A stretch of DNA of 64,000 nt from Candidatus Falkowbacteria bacterium RIFOXYC2_FULL_36_12 (lineage in GTDB: Bacteria > Patescibacteriota > Patescibacteriia > UBA11705): assembly GCA_001778235.1 (NCBI GenBank), contig MFGJ01000001.1, forward strand, positions 5,152 to 69,151, written 5' to 3'. The stretch's first letter is position 1; the number at the start of each line of letters is the position of its first letter. Shown piece by piece: positions 41,494-51,825 of this stretch. Below the pieces are notes generated by a model, which saw only the letters and a program-made list of their open reading frames with translations, made no database searches and was not told the origin of the DNA. A program made the position numbers and the translations under genes.

Positions 41494-44400
41494 TTACTTA
41501 ATTTCAGTCTCTGTAGCCCTTGCCATATCCTCCATATTACTTTTTTCTTTTTCAGTAGGAATATGAGCAGTACCTCGAGCTAGATCTTCAACTGTTGCAC
41601 CGAAGCCTGTACCTGCAGGAATTAATCTACCAATAATAATATTTTCTTTCAGACCTTCAAGTCTGTCAATCTTTCCGGTTACAGCGGCGTTGATCAAGAC
41701 TCTAGCTGTTTCTTGGAAGGAGGCAGCTGCGAGGAAACTCTTGGTTGAAAGGGAAACTTTTGATATGCCTAAAAATACTTCACGGTACTCTGCTAATCTG
41801 CCTTTTTCTTTTGCTGTTTTCTGATTTTCCTCAATTAGTTCAGAATACTCAACTATTTCACCCTCTAATAAATTTGTATCGCCAGGATCTTCAACATAAA
41901 CACGAGAAAACATTTGTTTAACAATGGTTTCAACATGCTTATCATTCAATGGCTGACCCTGTGACTTATAAATGTATTGAATTTCTTTCAAAATATATTT
42001 TTCAACCGCTTGTCTGCCTTTTAGTTTGTACAACTGTTCTAGAGCCAAACTTCCTTCAGTCAACTGGTCACCTTTTTCAATTTCAACGCCATCCCTAACC
42101 CACAAAACTGTACCGGCTGGAATAACATATTCTCTCTCCATTTGGACAGTGCCACTGACAACAAGCTCTTTATCAGATAACCTTATTGTACCTGATTTGC
42201 CGGTTTTAACTTTTTTCTTATTGGCATCAACATAGAGAACATCATTGTCTTTGACCAAATCTCCATCTTTGACTTTCAGTTTCAAGGCAGAAATATCTTT
42301 GAACTTATGGACCTCGTCTTCTTTGTTTTCATAAGAAACCTTGATAATTTTTTCACCAAATGAAGTTCTGGCGATTATATCTCCTTTTGGTCCCTTGATT
42401 GTTCTTGGTTGTTCAACAATCGAAACTTTTCCGCCAACTTCACTAAGAAGCGCTTTTTTCTTTGGACTGCGAGCCTCAAAAACTTCTTCAACTCGAGGAA
42501 GACCTTGGGTGATATCATCTCCGCCAGCAACACCTCCAGTATGGAAGGTTCTCATTGTCAGCTGTGTACCAGGTTCACCAATACTTTGAGCCGCAATAAT
42601 ACCAACTGCAGTTCCCATCTTTACTTCTCGATTGTAAGCTAAATCAAAACCATAGCATTTTCGACAAACACCTCGTGGTAGTTTACAACTTAGAACAGAT
42701 CTAACATTGGCAGAGTCTAATTCAAGTTTATCAAGTTTACGAGCAATCTCATCGGTAATTACCTCACCTTTTTTAACAATAGCTTTGCCTTTGGCGTCTT
42801 TTATATCGGACAAGAGATAGCGACCAACTATTCTTTCAATCAAAGTCTGATTCATTTGTTCGCTTTCTTCTTTGGTAAAAATTTTACCTTCTGTATCACC
42901 ACAATCTTCTTTTACGACAATCACATCTTGGGCAACATCGACTAAACGACGAGTCAGATATCCAGCACCAGCTGTACGCAAAGCTGTATCGGTCAAACCT
43001 TTTCGAGAACCGTGACTAGAAATATAATATTCAAGGACACTGAATCCTTCTCGGAAATTTGCTTTTACCGGTAATTCAATAATCTGACCAGCCGGGTTTG
43101 TCACCAAACCTTTCATACCCATCATCTGTGTCAACTGTCCCCATGAACCACGGGAACCAGAATTAATCATAGTGTAAACTGGACCATTTTTATCAAGTGC
43201 ATCCTTGGTTAAAGCAGTAACTCGATCCTTAACATCGGTCCAGGTTTCAATAACTTTTGTATATCTTTCGTCAGGAGTCAATAATCCATTATTAAACTGT
43301 TCATTGATTACTTCAACACGACCATTTCCCTCGTCAACTAATTCAGTTTTACCCTTTACTTCTGGGGTATCTTTCATGCCCCAAGAAAATCCAGCTTTTG
43401 TAAGTTGTTTATAACCGAAATTCTTGACACGATCCAAAACACCGGCAACTTCAACAAAAGTATACTGTTCAAGACAAAGCTTGATAATTGCGCCCATTCT
43501 TTTTTTATCTACTTCTTCATTGAAAAAATCAACTTTATCAGGTAGAAGTTCATTAAAAAGAATTCTGCCCAGACAGGTTTCAAGCATATCTTGCTTAACC
43601 TTACCTCTTAAGACTTTATTATTTGAGACTTTTATCAAAATTTTGTCTCTTAATGATATTTTGCGTAAAGCATAAGCCAACTTAGCCTCCTCAACATCAG
43701 CAAAAGTTTTGATTGGCTTTGGTTGGTCTTCTCTCATCAGAGTTACATAATAACAACCCCAAACCATATCAAGTGACGGTGTTGCAATCGGATTACCGGT
43801 TGCAGGTTTTAACAAATTATTGGTTGACAACATCAAATCACGAGCTTCTTGTTTGGCTTCTTCAGTTAGAGGAACATGCACAGCCATCTGGTCTCCATCA
43901 AAGTCAGCATTGAAGGCAGAACAAACCAAAGGATGAAGCTGAATAGCTTTTCCTTCAATCAAGATTGGACGAAATGCTTGGATACCAAGTCGATGCAAAG
44001 TTGGAGCACGATTTAACATAACTAGGGCACTTTTGATAATATCTTCAAGAATATCCCAGACTTCTGGTCGATCAGCTTCAATAAATCTATTGGCACTCCT
44101 GATATTATGTACATACTCTTCTTTTATCAGACGACTTATAACAAATGGCTTGAATAGTTCTAAAGCCATTTTCTTTGGTAAACCACATTGATCCAAAGTT
44201 AAATTTGGTCCGACCACGATAACGCTTCGTCCTGAATAATCAATTCTTTTACCAAGCAAATTCTGACGGAAACGACCTTGTTTACCCTTCAAATAATCTG
44301 CAATTGATTTCAAACTTCTTTTTTGACCGGTTGAAGCAGTAGTTGTCTTGGTGTGACGGGCAGAATTGTCAATCAAAGCGTCTACAGCTTCCTGGAGCAT

Positions 44401-45483
44401 GCGCTTTTCATTACGACAAATTACTTCTGGAGCGTTTAATTCAGCCAACCGCTTCAAACGATTGTTTCGGCTGATAATTCGTCGATACAAATCATTTAAA
44501 TCACTGGTAGCAAAACGACCACCATCAAGTGGAACCATAGGACGCAAATCAGGAGGAATAACAGGCACAGCATTTAACACAGTCCATTCGGGTTTTAGAT
44601 TATTTTTAAATAAACTTTTTAATAGTTTTACACGATTTATTATTTTTTTCTTTTTTGTTCCCTTTTCATCATGTTCAATTTCTGATTCAAGTGCGAGAAC
44701 GGTTTTTTCTAAATCAAATCTCTGTAATAATTTATAAATTGCCTCGGCTCCAATTCCTGCTTCAAAAACATGGCCATAGCGCAATGATAAATCGTGAAAC
44801 TGTGATTCACTAATAATACTTAACACTTTTAAATCTTTTAATTCTTTTTCAGCAGAACTAAAATTTTCCTTGAGGTCTTCCTCTTCATTTAGGTGCCAAG
44901 ATTCCAATTTTTTTAATTCATCCTTTCTCTCCTTGGACTTCAAATCAGCGCTTTCCAAAACATTTAATTTTTGTTTGTGCTGACCCTCAATATTTTTCAT
45001 TTTTGATCTGTATTCCTTTTGAAGATTGTCTAATTCTTCTTTCTTAGCTTCCTCGTCGATTTCAGTAACAATAAAGCTGGCAAAGTAAATAACTTTTTCC
45101 AATTTTTGCACAGACATATCCAAAACTAATCCAATTTTACTTGGAACTCCACGCAAAAACCAGATATGTGTTACAGGAGAGGCTAGATCAATGTGCCCCA
45201 TTCTCTGGCGACGAACCACTGAACGAGTAACCTCTACTCCGCATTTATCACAAACAATTCCCTTGTATCTAATTTTTTTATACTTACCACAATAACATTC
45301 CCAATCTTTACTTGGACCAAAAATTTTCTCACAGAATAGTCCATCTTTTTCTGGTTTTTGGGTTCGGTAATTGATTGTTTCAGGTCGGGTCACTTCACCA
45401 TGAGACCAAGACCGTATGTCATCTGGAGAAGCGAGTTTTAATCGGATTGAATCAAAATCGCTTATTTTTAATGCTTCACCCAT
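41494..45483 (-). CDS. rpoC: RNA polymerase beta' subunit
   Basis: NADFDGD, zinc-finger cysteines and GEPGTQLTMRTFH. Confidence 0.98.
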   Translation of the reverse strand: MGEALKISDFDSIRLKLASPDDIRSWSHGEVTRPETINYRTQKPEKDGLFCEKIFGPSKDWECYCGKYKKIRYKGIVCDKCGVEVTRSVVRRQRMGHIDLASPVTHIWFLRGVPSKIGLVLDMSVQKLEKVIYFASFIVTEIDEEAKKEELDNLQKEYRSKMKNIEGQHKQKLNVLESADLKSKERKDELKKLESWHLNEEEDLKENFSSAEKELKDLKVLSIISESQFHDLSLRYGHVFEAGIGAEAIYKLLQRFDLEKTVLALESEIEHDEKGTKKKKIINRVKLLKSLFKNNLKPEWTVLNAVPVIPPDLRPMVPLDGGRFATSDLNDLYRRIISRNNRLKRLAELNAPEVICRNEKRMLQEAVDALIDNSARHTKTTTASTGQKRSLKSIADYLKGKQGRFRQNLLGKRIDYSGRSVIVVGPNLTLDQCGLPKKMALELFKPFVISRLIKEEYVHNIRSANRFIEADRPEVWDILEDIIKSALVMLNRAPTLHRLGIQAFRPILIEGKAIQLHPLVCSAFNADFDGDQMAVHVPLTEEAKQEARDLMLSTNNLLKPATGNPIATPSLDMVWGCYYVTLMREDQPKPIKTFADVEEAKLAYALRKISLRDKILIKVSNNKVLRGKVKQDMLETCLGRILFNELLPDKVDFFNEEVDKKRMGAIIKLCLEQYTFVEVAGVLDRVKNFGYKQLTKAGFSWGMKDTPEVKGKTELVDEGNGRVEVINEQFNNGLLTPDERYTKVIETWTDVKDRVTALTKDALDKNGPVYTMINSGSRGSWGQLTQMMGMKGLVTNPAGQIIELPVKANFREGFSVLEYYISSHGSRKGLTDTALRTAGAGYLTRRLVDVAQDVIVVKEDCGDTEGKIFTKEESEQMNQTLIERIVGRYLLSDIKDAKGKAIVKKGEVITDEIARKLDKLELDSANVRSVLSCKLPRGVCRKCYGFDLAYNREVKMGTAVGIIAAQSIGEPGTQLTMRTFHTGGVAGGDDITQGLPRVEEVFEARSPKKKALLSEVGGKVSIVEQPRTIKGPKGDIIARTSFGEKIIKVSYENKEDEVHKFKDISALKLKVKDGDLVKDNDVLYVDANKKKVKTGKSGTIRLSDKELVVSGTVQMEREYVIPAGTVLWVRDGVEIEKGDQLTEGSLALEQLYKLKGRQAVEKYILKEIQYIYKSQGQPLNDKHVETIVKQMFSRVYVEDPGDTNLLEGEIVEYSELIEENQKTAKEKGRLAEYREVFLGISKVSLSTKSFLAAASFQETARVLINAAVTGKIDRLEGLKENIIIGRLIPAGTGFGATVEDLARGTAHIPTEKEKSNMEDMARATETEIK

Positions 45484-45492
45484 ATTTTTGAA

Positions 45493-45578
45493 AGCGAGAA
45501 CAGCGAGTTAAGCGAGGTAAGCAAATGAAGTAAAAATGAGACTTATTTGCTGTACTAGCTGTATCAGCTGAACTGACT
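45493..45578. repeat. Imperfect inverted array of 9-mers between rpoB and rpoC
   Basis: agcgagaac agcgagtta agcgaggta ... ttatttgct gtactagct gtatcagct gaactgact. Confidence 0.65.
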
Positions 45579-45603
45579 ATATATTTATATATAATTTATT
45601 GAT

Positions 45604-48600
45604 TTATCTTTGATCACGATTTCCTTCGTTTTCTCCATCATTGTCCTGATAATCAATTGTTTTTCCACCTTTCATGAGTTCAACATCCAGACATAAACCT
45701 TTTAATTCTCGGATTAAAACATTGAATGATTCTGGAACATTCAAACGACGAATCGGTTCACCCTTGATAATTGATTCATAGGCTTTGGCGCGACCTAAAA
45801 CATCATCTGACTTAATGGTCAAAATTTCTTGCAAAGTATGGGCGGCACCATAAGCTTCCAAAGCCCAAACTTCCATTTCTCCAAATCTCTGACCACCAAA
45901 TTGGGCTTTACCTCCAAGAGGTTGCTGGGTGATTAATGAGTATGGACCAATTGATCGTTGGTGAATCTTGTCATCAACCATATGATTTAATTTCAAAATA
46001 TAGTTGTACCCGACAGTAACCTGGTGATCAAATTGTTCTCCGGTTTTTCCATTTGTCAGTGTAATCTGGCCACTTTCAGGATAACCGGCTTTTTTCAATT
46101 CTTCCTGAATTGTTTCTTCAGATATCCCATTGAAAACAGGGGTAGCAACTTTGTAACCAAGTTTGTGAGCAGCAAGACCTAAATGAGTTTCTAATATCTG
46201 ACCCAAATTCATACGAGAAGCAATACCAAGCGGTGTCAGTAGAACTTCAAGAGGTGTACCATCTTCCATGAATGGCATATCTTCAACCGGAACGACCCTC
46301 GAAATAACACCTTTGTTTCCGTGTCGACCAGCAAGTTTATCACCGACCTGAACTTTTCGTAGGTTGGCGACTGAAATTTGGATTGTTTTTATAACGCCAG
46401 GTGAAAGCTTATCACCATTTTCTTGAGAAAAGATTTTTATATCAACCACTTTACCTTGTTCTCCATGTTCCAACCGAAGTGAAGTATCTCGAACATCACG
46501 AGCTTTTTCACCAAAAATAGCTTTGAGCAATTTTTCTTCAGCTGAAAGCTCGGTTTCACCCTTTGGAGTAATTTTTCCAACAAGAATATCACCTGATTGG
46601 ACAAATGCGCCCACTCGGACAATGCCTTCAGCATCAAGATTGTTTAGTTTTTCTTCAGAAATATTTGGAATATCTGAAGTTACCATTTCTGAACCAAGCT
46701 TTGTTTCTCGAACATCGATAGAATAGTTATCAATATGAATTGAAGAGAATGTATCTCTTTGAACAACTTTTTCTGAAATAACAATCGCGTCTTCATAATT
46801 GAAACCTTCATACGCCATGTAACCGACGAGAACATTCTGTCCAAGTGCCAATTCTCCTTTGTCAACTGATGGACCATCAGCAATTACTTGGCCTTTTTTG
46901 ATTTTGTCACCCAAATCAACAATCGGCATCTGATTTAGACTGGTTGATGAGTTGGAACAAATATATTTATTTAGGGAATGAGTTTTGGTTTTTCCATCCT
47001 TGTATTTTATTCTAATGGCGTCACCTTGGACACCGACAACCTCACCATCTTGCTCTGCGAGTAAAACATGTCCTGAATCTCTGGCGGCAACAGCTTCCAT
47101 ACCAGTACCGACAATTGGTGACTGGGGTCTAACGGTTGGGACTGCTTGCCGTTGCATGTTTGTTCCCATCAAAGCGCGGACAGCATCATCATGTTCAAGG
47201 AACGGAATCAAGGCTGTTGCAACGCTGACAATCTGATTGGATGAAACATCAACATGATCGATTTTATAAACATAATCAAAATCAGGTTTGGAATATTTTC
47301 GAAGCGGTAATTTTTCATCAAGAAAATAACCATTATCGTCAACAGGAGCAGTACTAGAGGTAGCGATTGATTTTTCTTCAATAATAGCATTTAGATAAAC
47401 AACATTGGTTGTGACTTTGTTTTCGACACTGGCATCAATTTCATCGGCGGGAACATTGCATTTATCAAGATCAACGCCCTTCACTTTATCGCCTTTTTTA
47501 AATACAACCTGATTTGTCTTTGGATCAATTAAATCTTTGGTGACTAAATGTTCAACCTGAAAATATGGAGTTTCAATAAAACCAAATTCATTGACACGAG
47601 CATAGCTGGCCAAATGACCAACAAGTCCAATATTTGGACCTTCTGGAGTAGCAATAGGACAAATACGGCCATAATGAGTGGCGTGAACATCACGAACATC
47701 AAAACCAGCTCTTTCACGGCTTAATCCGCCAGGACCCATGGCTGAAATTCTTCGTTTATGCTCCAACTCTGAAAGCGGATTGGTCTGATCCATGAACTGT
47801 GAAAGCTGTGAAGACATGAAAAATTCCTTGACAACACCAATGACCGGACGAGCATTGATTAATTTTGAAGGCGTAAGGGTTGTTGGATCCATGGTACTCA
47901 TGCGGTCCTTTACAATTCTCTCCATACGAGCAAGTCCAACTCGGAATCTATTCTGAATCAATTCACCAACTGCACGGATTCTTCTATTGCCCAAGTGATC
48001 AATATCATCAGCATCTTCTTGGGTAATATTTAATTTAATAATTTCTTTTATAACATTAACTACATCTTCAATCTTCAAAACTCTGTCTTTGTCATCCAAT
48101 TTATAATCTGTACCAAATCTTTGGTTCATTTTGTAACGACCAACTTTTCCAAAGTCATAACGCGAAAAATTGAAAAACATTGAATAAATCAGAGAACGGG
48201 CATTGTCTGGAGTAGCAAGATCGCCTGGACGAATTCTTTTATAAACTTCAATCAGACCGTCTTCAACTGTGGTTGAAATATCTTTGGCAAGAGTTGACTC
48301 AATAAATCTGATGTCTTCGTGATTATCAACATCTTTGAAATAATTTAGAATCTCTTCATTGGTTGCAACGCCAAAAGCGCGCAAAAGTGATGTGATTGCA
48401 ACTTTTCTCTTCCTGTCAATCTTGACCCAGATGACATTGTTGGCATCGGTTTCAATTTCTAGCCAGGCTCCGCGATTTGGAATAATCTTGGCGCCATAAA
48501 ATCTGCGATTTTTTTCACGAACATAGCTTGAAGTAAAGAATACTCCAGCAGAACGGATAATTTGAGAAACAATTGCTCTCTCAATTCCATTAATAATAAA

Positions 48601-48954
48601 AGTACCGCGATCGGTGATTAACGGAAAATCACCCAAAAATATTTCTTGGGTTTCTTTTTGTTTTGTCTTGGTGTTTTTCAGAGTTGCCTTGATACGAATC
48701 GGAGCTTCATAAGTAATGTTTTTACTCTTTGAAGTAACCTCATCAAATTTTGGTTCATCAAGGTAATAATCATCGAAGTGCAGTTCCAAGCCTTTTTCAG
48801 AAACATCAATGATTGGTGATATTTCTTCAAACAGTTCACCGAGCCCTTCTTTTAAAAACCAATAATATGAGTTCTTTTGAATCTCAATTAAATCCGGTGG
48901 GTCGATTGGATAAATTTTTGTGAAATACTTTCGATCAGGAGCCTTTTTGGACAT
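45604..48954 (-). CDS. rpoB: RNA polymerase beta subunit
   Basis: SQLSQFMDQ, GDKLAGRHGNKG and GGQRFGEMEVWA motifs. Confidence 0.98.
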   Translation of the reverse strand: MSKKAPDRKYFTKIYPIDPPDLIEIQKNSYYWFLKEGLGELFEEISPIIDVSEKGLELHFDDYYLDEPKFDEVTSKSKNITYEAPIRIKATLKNTKTKQKETQEIFLGDFPLITDRGTFIINGIERAIVSQIIRSAGVFFTSSYVREKNRRFYGAKIIPNRGAWLEIETDANNVIWVKIDRKRKVAITSLLRAFGVATNEEILNYFKDVDNHEDIRFIESTLAKDISTTVEDGLIEVYKRIRPGDLATPDNARSLIYSMFFNFSRYDFGKVGRYKMNQRFGTDYKLDDKDRVLKIEDVVNVIKEIIKLNITQEDADDIDHLGNRRIRAVGELIQNRFRVGLARMERIVKDRMSTMDPTTLTPSKLINARPVIGVVKEFFMSSQLSQFMDQTNPLSELEHKRRISAMGPGGLSRERAGFDVRDVHATHYGRICPIATPEGPNIGLVGHLASYARVNEFGFIETPYFQVEHLVTKDLIDPKTNQVVFKKGDKVKGVDLDKCNVPADEIDASVENKVTTNVVYLNAIIEEKSIATSSTAPVDDNGYFLDEKLPLRKYSKPDFDYVYKIDHVDVSSNQIVSVATALIPFLEHDDAVRALMGTNMQRQAVPTVRPQSPIVGTGMEAVAARDSGHVLLAEQDGEVVGVQGDAIRIKYKDGKTKTHSLNKYICSNSSTSLNQMPIVDLGDKIKKGQVIADGPSVDKGELALGQNVLVGYMAYEGFNYEDAIVISEKVVQRDTFSSIHIDNYSIDVRETKLGSEMVTSDIPNISEEKLNNLDAEGIVRVGAFVQSGDILVGKITPKGETELSAEEKLLKAIFGEKARDVRDTSLRLEHGEQGKVVDIKIFSQENGDKLSPGVIKTIQISVANLRKVQVGDKLAGRHGNKGVISRVVPVEDMPFMEDGTPLEVLLTPLGIASRMNLGQILETHLGLAAHKLGYKVATPVFNGISEETIQEELKKAGYPESGQITLTNGKTGEQFDHQVTVGYNYILKLNHMVDDKIHQRSIGPYSLITQQPLGGKAQFGGQRFGEMEVWALEAYGAAHTLQEILTIKSDDVLGRAKAYESIIKGEPIRRLNVPESFNVLIRELKGLCLDVELMKGGKTIDYQDNDGENEGNRDQR

Positions 48955-49317
48955 AAAAATATGCTCCTCCCCTTACATTAGGAACGAGTTTTTTGATTGT
49001 CTTAAGTTGTAGCGACACTAACCCCGTAAAACATTGTAATTTTTGGTGAACCTGGAACCTCCGATTTATAATCAAAAGGCCAAGTTCCTAGATTGGGGAG
49101 ATTAAATTTAATGTAAATCTGCATTAATACTATCAAATAATTAAATGTCTGTCAAATATCTGATATTTGCCCAGTTCTTTACTCTTTTTAGTCAAAAAAA
49201 AATGTCAATAAAAAGTATCCACAAGGTTGTGGTAATTTTACGATTGACAAACTACACGATTTATTGCAATAAAACATCCACGAGAAATGAATATTTTATA
49301 AAGCTTTATTTATGTTG

Positions 49318-49626
49318 TTATTGTTTGTGATTTCGTTTTTCCATGAAATAATAAATAATTGCCCCGATTATACCAGTAAAAACTATAACCAAAATCCAGA
49401 CAGTCTGATTGTCTTTTTGATTTTTGATTGCATCGATTAGCATCCAAAGCCAAAAAACAAAAACTGCTCCAAAAATAACCACCATAATAACCGGTAAAAA
49501 CCAAATCCATGTTGGCATCTGATCACAAGGGACAACTTCGCCATTGAGAGTGCATGTTTGAGCCAGTACTGGGGAAGCAATAAGAAATGATGCGATTGCA
49601 ACAAATAAACTTTTTATAATTTTCAT
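49318..49626 (-). CDS. Small membrane protein with PLDc_N-like domain
   Basis: FWLWMLIDAI...VWILVIVFTGIIGAIIYYF. Confidence 0.75.
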   Translation of the reverse strand: MKIIKSLFVAIASFLIASPVLAQTCTLNGEVVPCDQMPTWIWFLPVIMVVIFGAVFVFWLWMLIDAIKNQKDNQTVWILVIVFTGIIGAIIYYFMEKRNHKQ

Positions 49627-49636
49627 TTTTTTATAT

Positions 49637-49771
49637 TTATTTATTAGAATAAATTACTAAACCGATTATTACTACAAGAATAATAACTGAAACGATTATA
49701 ACGGCTGCTTTGGCTAATGGATTATTGGTCTCAATAGAGACTTTTTTTTCAAACTTGAACGATTTGTTCAT
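49637..49771 (-). CDS. Small hypothetical single-TM protein
   Basis: MNKSFKFEKK... followed by a hydrophobic helix; start uncertain. Confidence 0.45.
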   Translation of the reverse strand: MNKSFKFEKKVSIETNNPLAKAAVIIVSVIILVVIIGLVIYSNK

Positions 49772-49888
49772 AGGTTTATATTTATTTTTAATTAATATAT
49801 TTTTGAGTAAATCAGAATGTATCTTACTTTCACGACTAGCTGTAAACTGAAGAAACTCAACTAATTTGATGAACAATTCTAAAGTTGA

Positions 49889-50827
49889 TTAAACCAAGGT
49901 TGTAATTGGTCGGCTCTGAACAATATAAAATTCTCCTCTTGCAAATGCCCATTCAATATCGCAAGGGAATTCATAATGTTCTTCTATGTGTTTACAAATT
50001 TCTGCGATTTCAAGTATTTGTTCTTCTGATAATTTCTGTTTACTACCCTTTTCTTCTACTAAATCTTGTTGTTCAGTATTATTCCTTTTTTGAACTATAT
50101 GCATTTTTTGGACTGAAATATTTTGATCAATAATTTTCATTGTTTCCTTGTCTACAACATATGAATCTGGTGTGACTAGACCACCAACGATTGCTTCTCC
50201 TTGTCCAAAGATTGCTTCAATTATCATCTGATTTTTATCTTGAGTAACTGGATGAACAGTAAAGGTAATTCCTGAAATTTCGCTGTCAATCATTTTTTGA
50301 ATAACGACTGCAACTGAAACTTTTTTATCTTTTAAACCTTGTTCAATTCGGTAATGAATTGCTCGAGGAGTAAAAAGTGAAGCCCAGCATTTTTTCACTG
50401 AATCTAATAAATTTTCATGATTAACAAATAAATAACTTTCTAGTTCACCGGCCCAGGAAGCTGTTGATGAATCCTCTGCTGTTGCACTACTACGAACTGC
50501 AACATATTTCGCATTGAGATCTGAAAAAGATTTTTCTATCTCCTGCGCTATATCATCAGGCATTGTTGCTCCTATAATAAGCGATTCAATAGTTTTCGAA
50601 GCATTGTCAATACTGTTTACATCATCAGAATTTGCTTTGTCCATTTGGGCGTCAATTTCTACATTGATATCTGTTACTTCAAGAAATTTTTCAAAACTAT
50701 TGGATAAAACTACAAAACCGTCGGGGACTGGTATGCTGTTATTAATCATCTCACCGAGCGATGCACCTTTGCCACCGGCAATTTTCACATCTGATTTATT
50801 TATTTTTTTTATTTTTTTACAAAACAT
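49889..50827 (-). CDS. Stand-alone PEP/pyruvate-binding (ATP-grasp, PPDK_N) domain protein
   Basis: GGKGASLGEM, AVRSSATAEDS...AG, DIEWA and QSRPITTL motifs; ends before any His-swivel domain. Confidence 0.9.
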   Translation of the reverse strand: MFCKKIKKINKSDVKIAGGKGASLGEMINNSIPVPDGFVVLSNSFEKFLEVTDINVEIDAQMDKANSDDVNSIDNASKTIESLIIGATMPDDIAQEIEKSFSDLNAKYVAVRSSATAEDSSTASWAGELESYLFVNHENLLDSVKKCWASLFTPRAIHYRIEQGLKDKKVSVAVVIQKMIDSEISGITFTVHPVTQDKNQMIIEAIFGQGEAIVGGLVTPDSYVVDKETMKIIDQNISVQKMHIVQKRNNTEQQDLVEEKGSKQKLSEEQILEIAEICKHIEEHYEFPCDIEWAFARGEFYIVQSRPITTLV

Positions 50828-50829
50828 AT

Positions 50830-51759
50830 CTATATTGCGTCTATTTTTTTGGCCTTTATATTTTTAGCTTCCATATATTCTCCAGCTAATTTTTTTATCT
50901 CTTCTAAATCCAAATCAAATTTTTGTTCTGATCCATTTTCCCGTTTCAAAACAAAAGATACTTTTTTGTGGCCACTCATATCATTCTCGACAACTAAATC
51001 CCAGCTATCTAAAATCTTTAGACTGCCACCGATTTCTTCCAATGAATCCAAGCCGTGTTTGCCATTATCTTGGATTAACGCGTATTTGAGAAAGGCTTCA
51101 GTTGAAGTTTTATGCCCTGAACTAACCAAATCAATTACTCGCCCGCCAGGCATGTAATCTGGTAGATTCAGTAAACGATTAACTTTAAACGCCACACCCG
51201 TTGCATCAAATCTAGAGATCAAAACGCCACTCTTATCTTTTGCTTCATTGACTAACCAGTCAACTGATTCTTCTTCAGCATATTCCATGATTTCTTCCTG
51301 TTCGTCAGAACTTAATTGTTTAAAATTCGCATTAGGAAAATGTTCATTTATGTATTCTTTTTTGCGTTTATCCATCAGCTCCACATACTTTTTATTAATT
51401 TCCGGGTCAGCGTCAGCTTCATCAACTTCAGGAATTGGCAATTCAAAAAAAGCTGATGCTCCTTGTTTTTTTTGTAAAACTTTTATATCAATTCCTGCTG
51501 ATTCAAGAGCATGTCTCAAAGTTTCTTCGGTTCGGTCAATCTCTGTGGCATAGGCCCGATTTACTTTTCTATCAGTTAAATTTTTTTTGCCATATTGACC
51601 GGCCCGATCAATGCCACCAATTGATAAATTTGACAGCGACACCCCAGCTCCATCAAAAACATTGCCGGATTTTTTTTGGGAATGTCGGACAAAAGTAAAA
51701 GTAACCTTGGTGTTTTTACCGCGTTCTTGTTTTTCCGGGCCAAGTAATACTTCTTTCAT
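50830..51759 (-). CDS. Histidine phosphatase superfamily protein
   Basis: FVRHSQK, LS..G, R.EET and SSGH motifs. Confidence 0.65.
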   Translation of the reverse strand: MKEVLLGPEKQERGKNTKVTFTFVRHSQKKSGNVFDGAGVSLSNLSIGGIDRAGQYGKKNLTDRKVNRAYATEIDRTEETLRHALESAGIDIKVLQKKQGASAFFELPIPEVDEADADPEINKKYVELMDKRKKEYINEHFPNANFKQLSSDEQEEIMEYAEEESVDWLVNEAKDKSGVLISRFDATGVAFKVNRLLNLPDYMPGGRVIDLVSSGHKTSTEAFLKYALIQDNGKHGLDSLEEIGGSLKILDSWDLVVENDMSGHKKVSFVLKRENGSEQKFDLDLEEIKKLAGEYMEAKNIKAKKIDAI

Positions 51760-51825
51760 AAAATTAATATTAAATTACTTAATTATTTATCCATAGCTCG
51801 AGTGACTCACAATGACAAGGTTTTT

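Noticed and set aside
44820-45060. Charged helical insertion in RpoC as a possible intein
   Set aside because: No Cys/Ser...His-Asn intein ends; it fits a lineage-specific beta' coiled-coil insertion.
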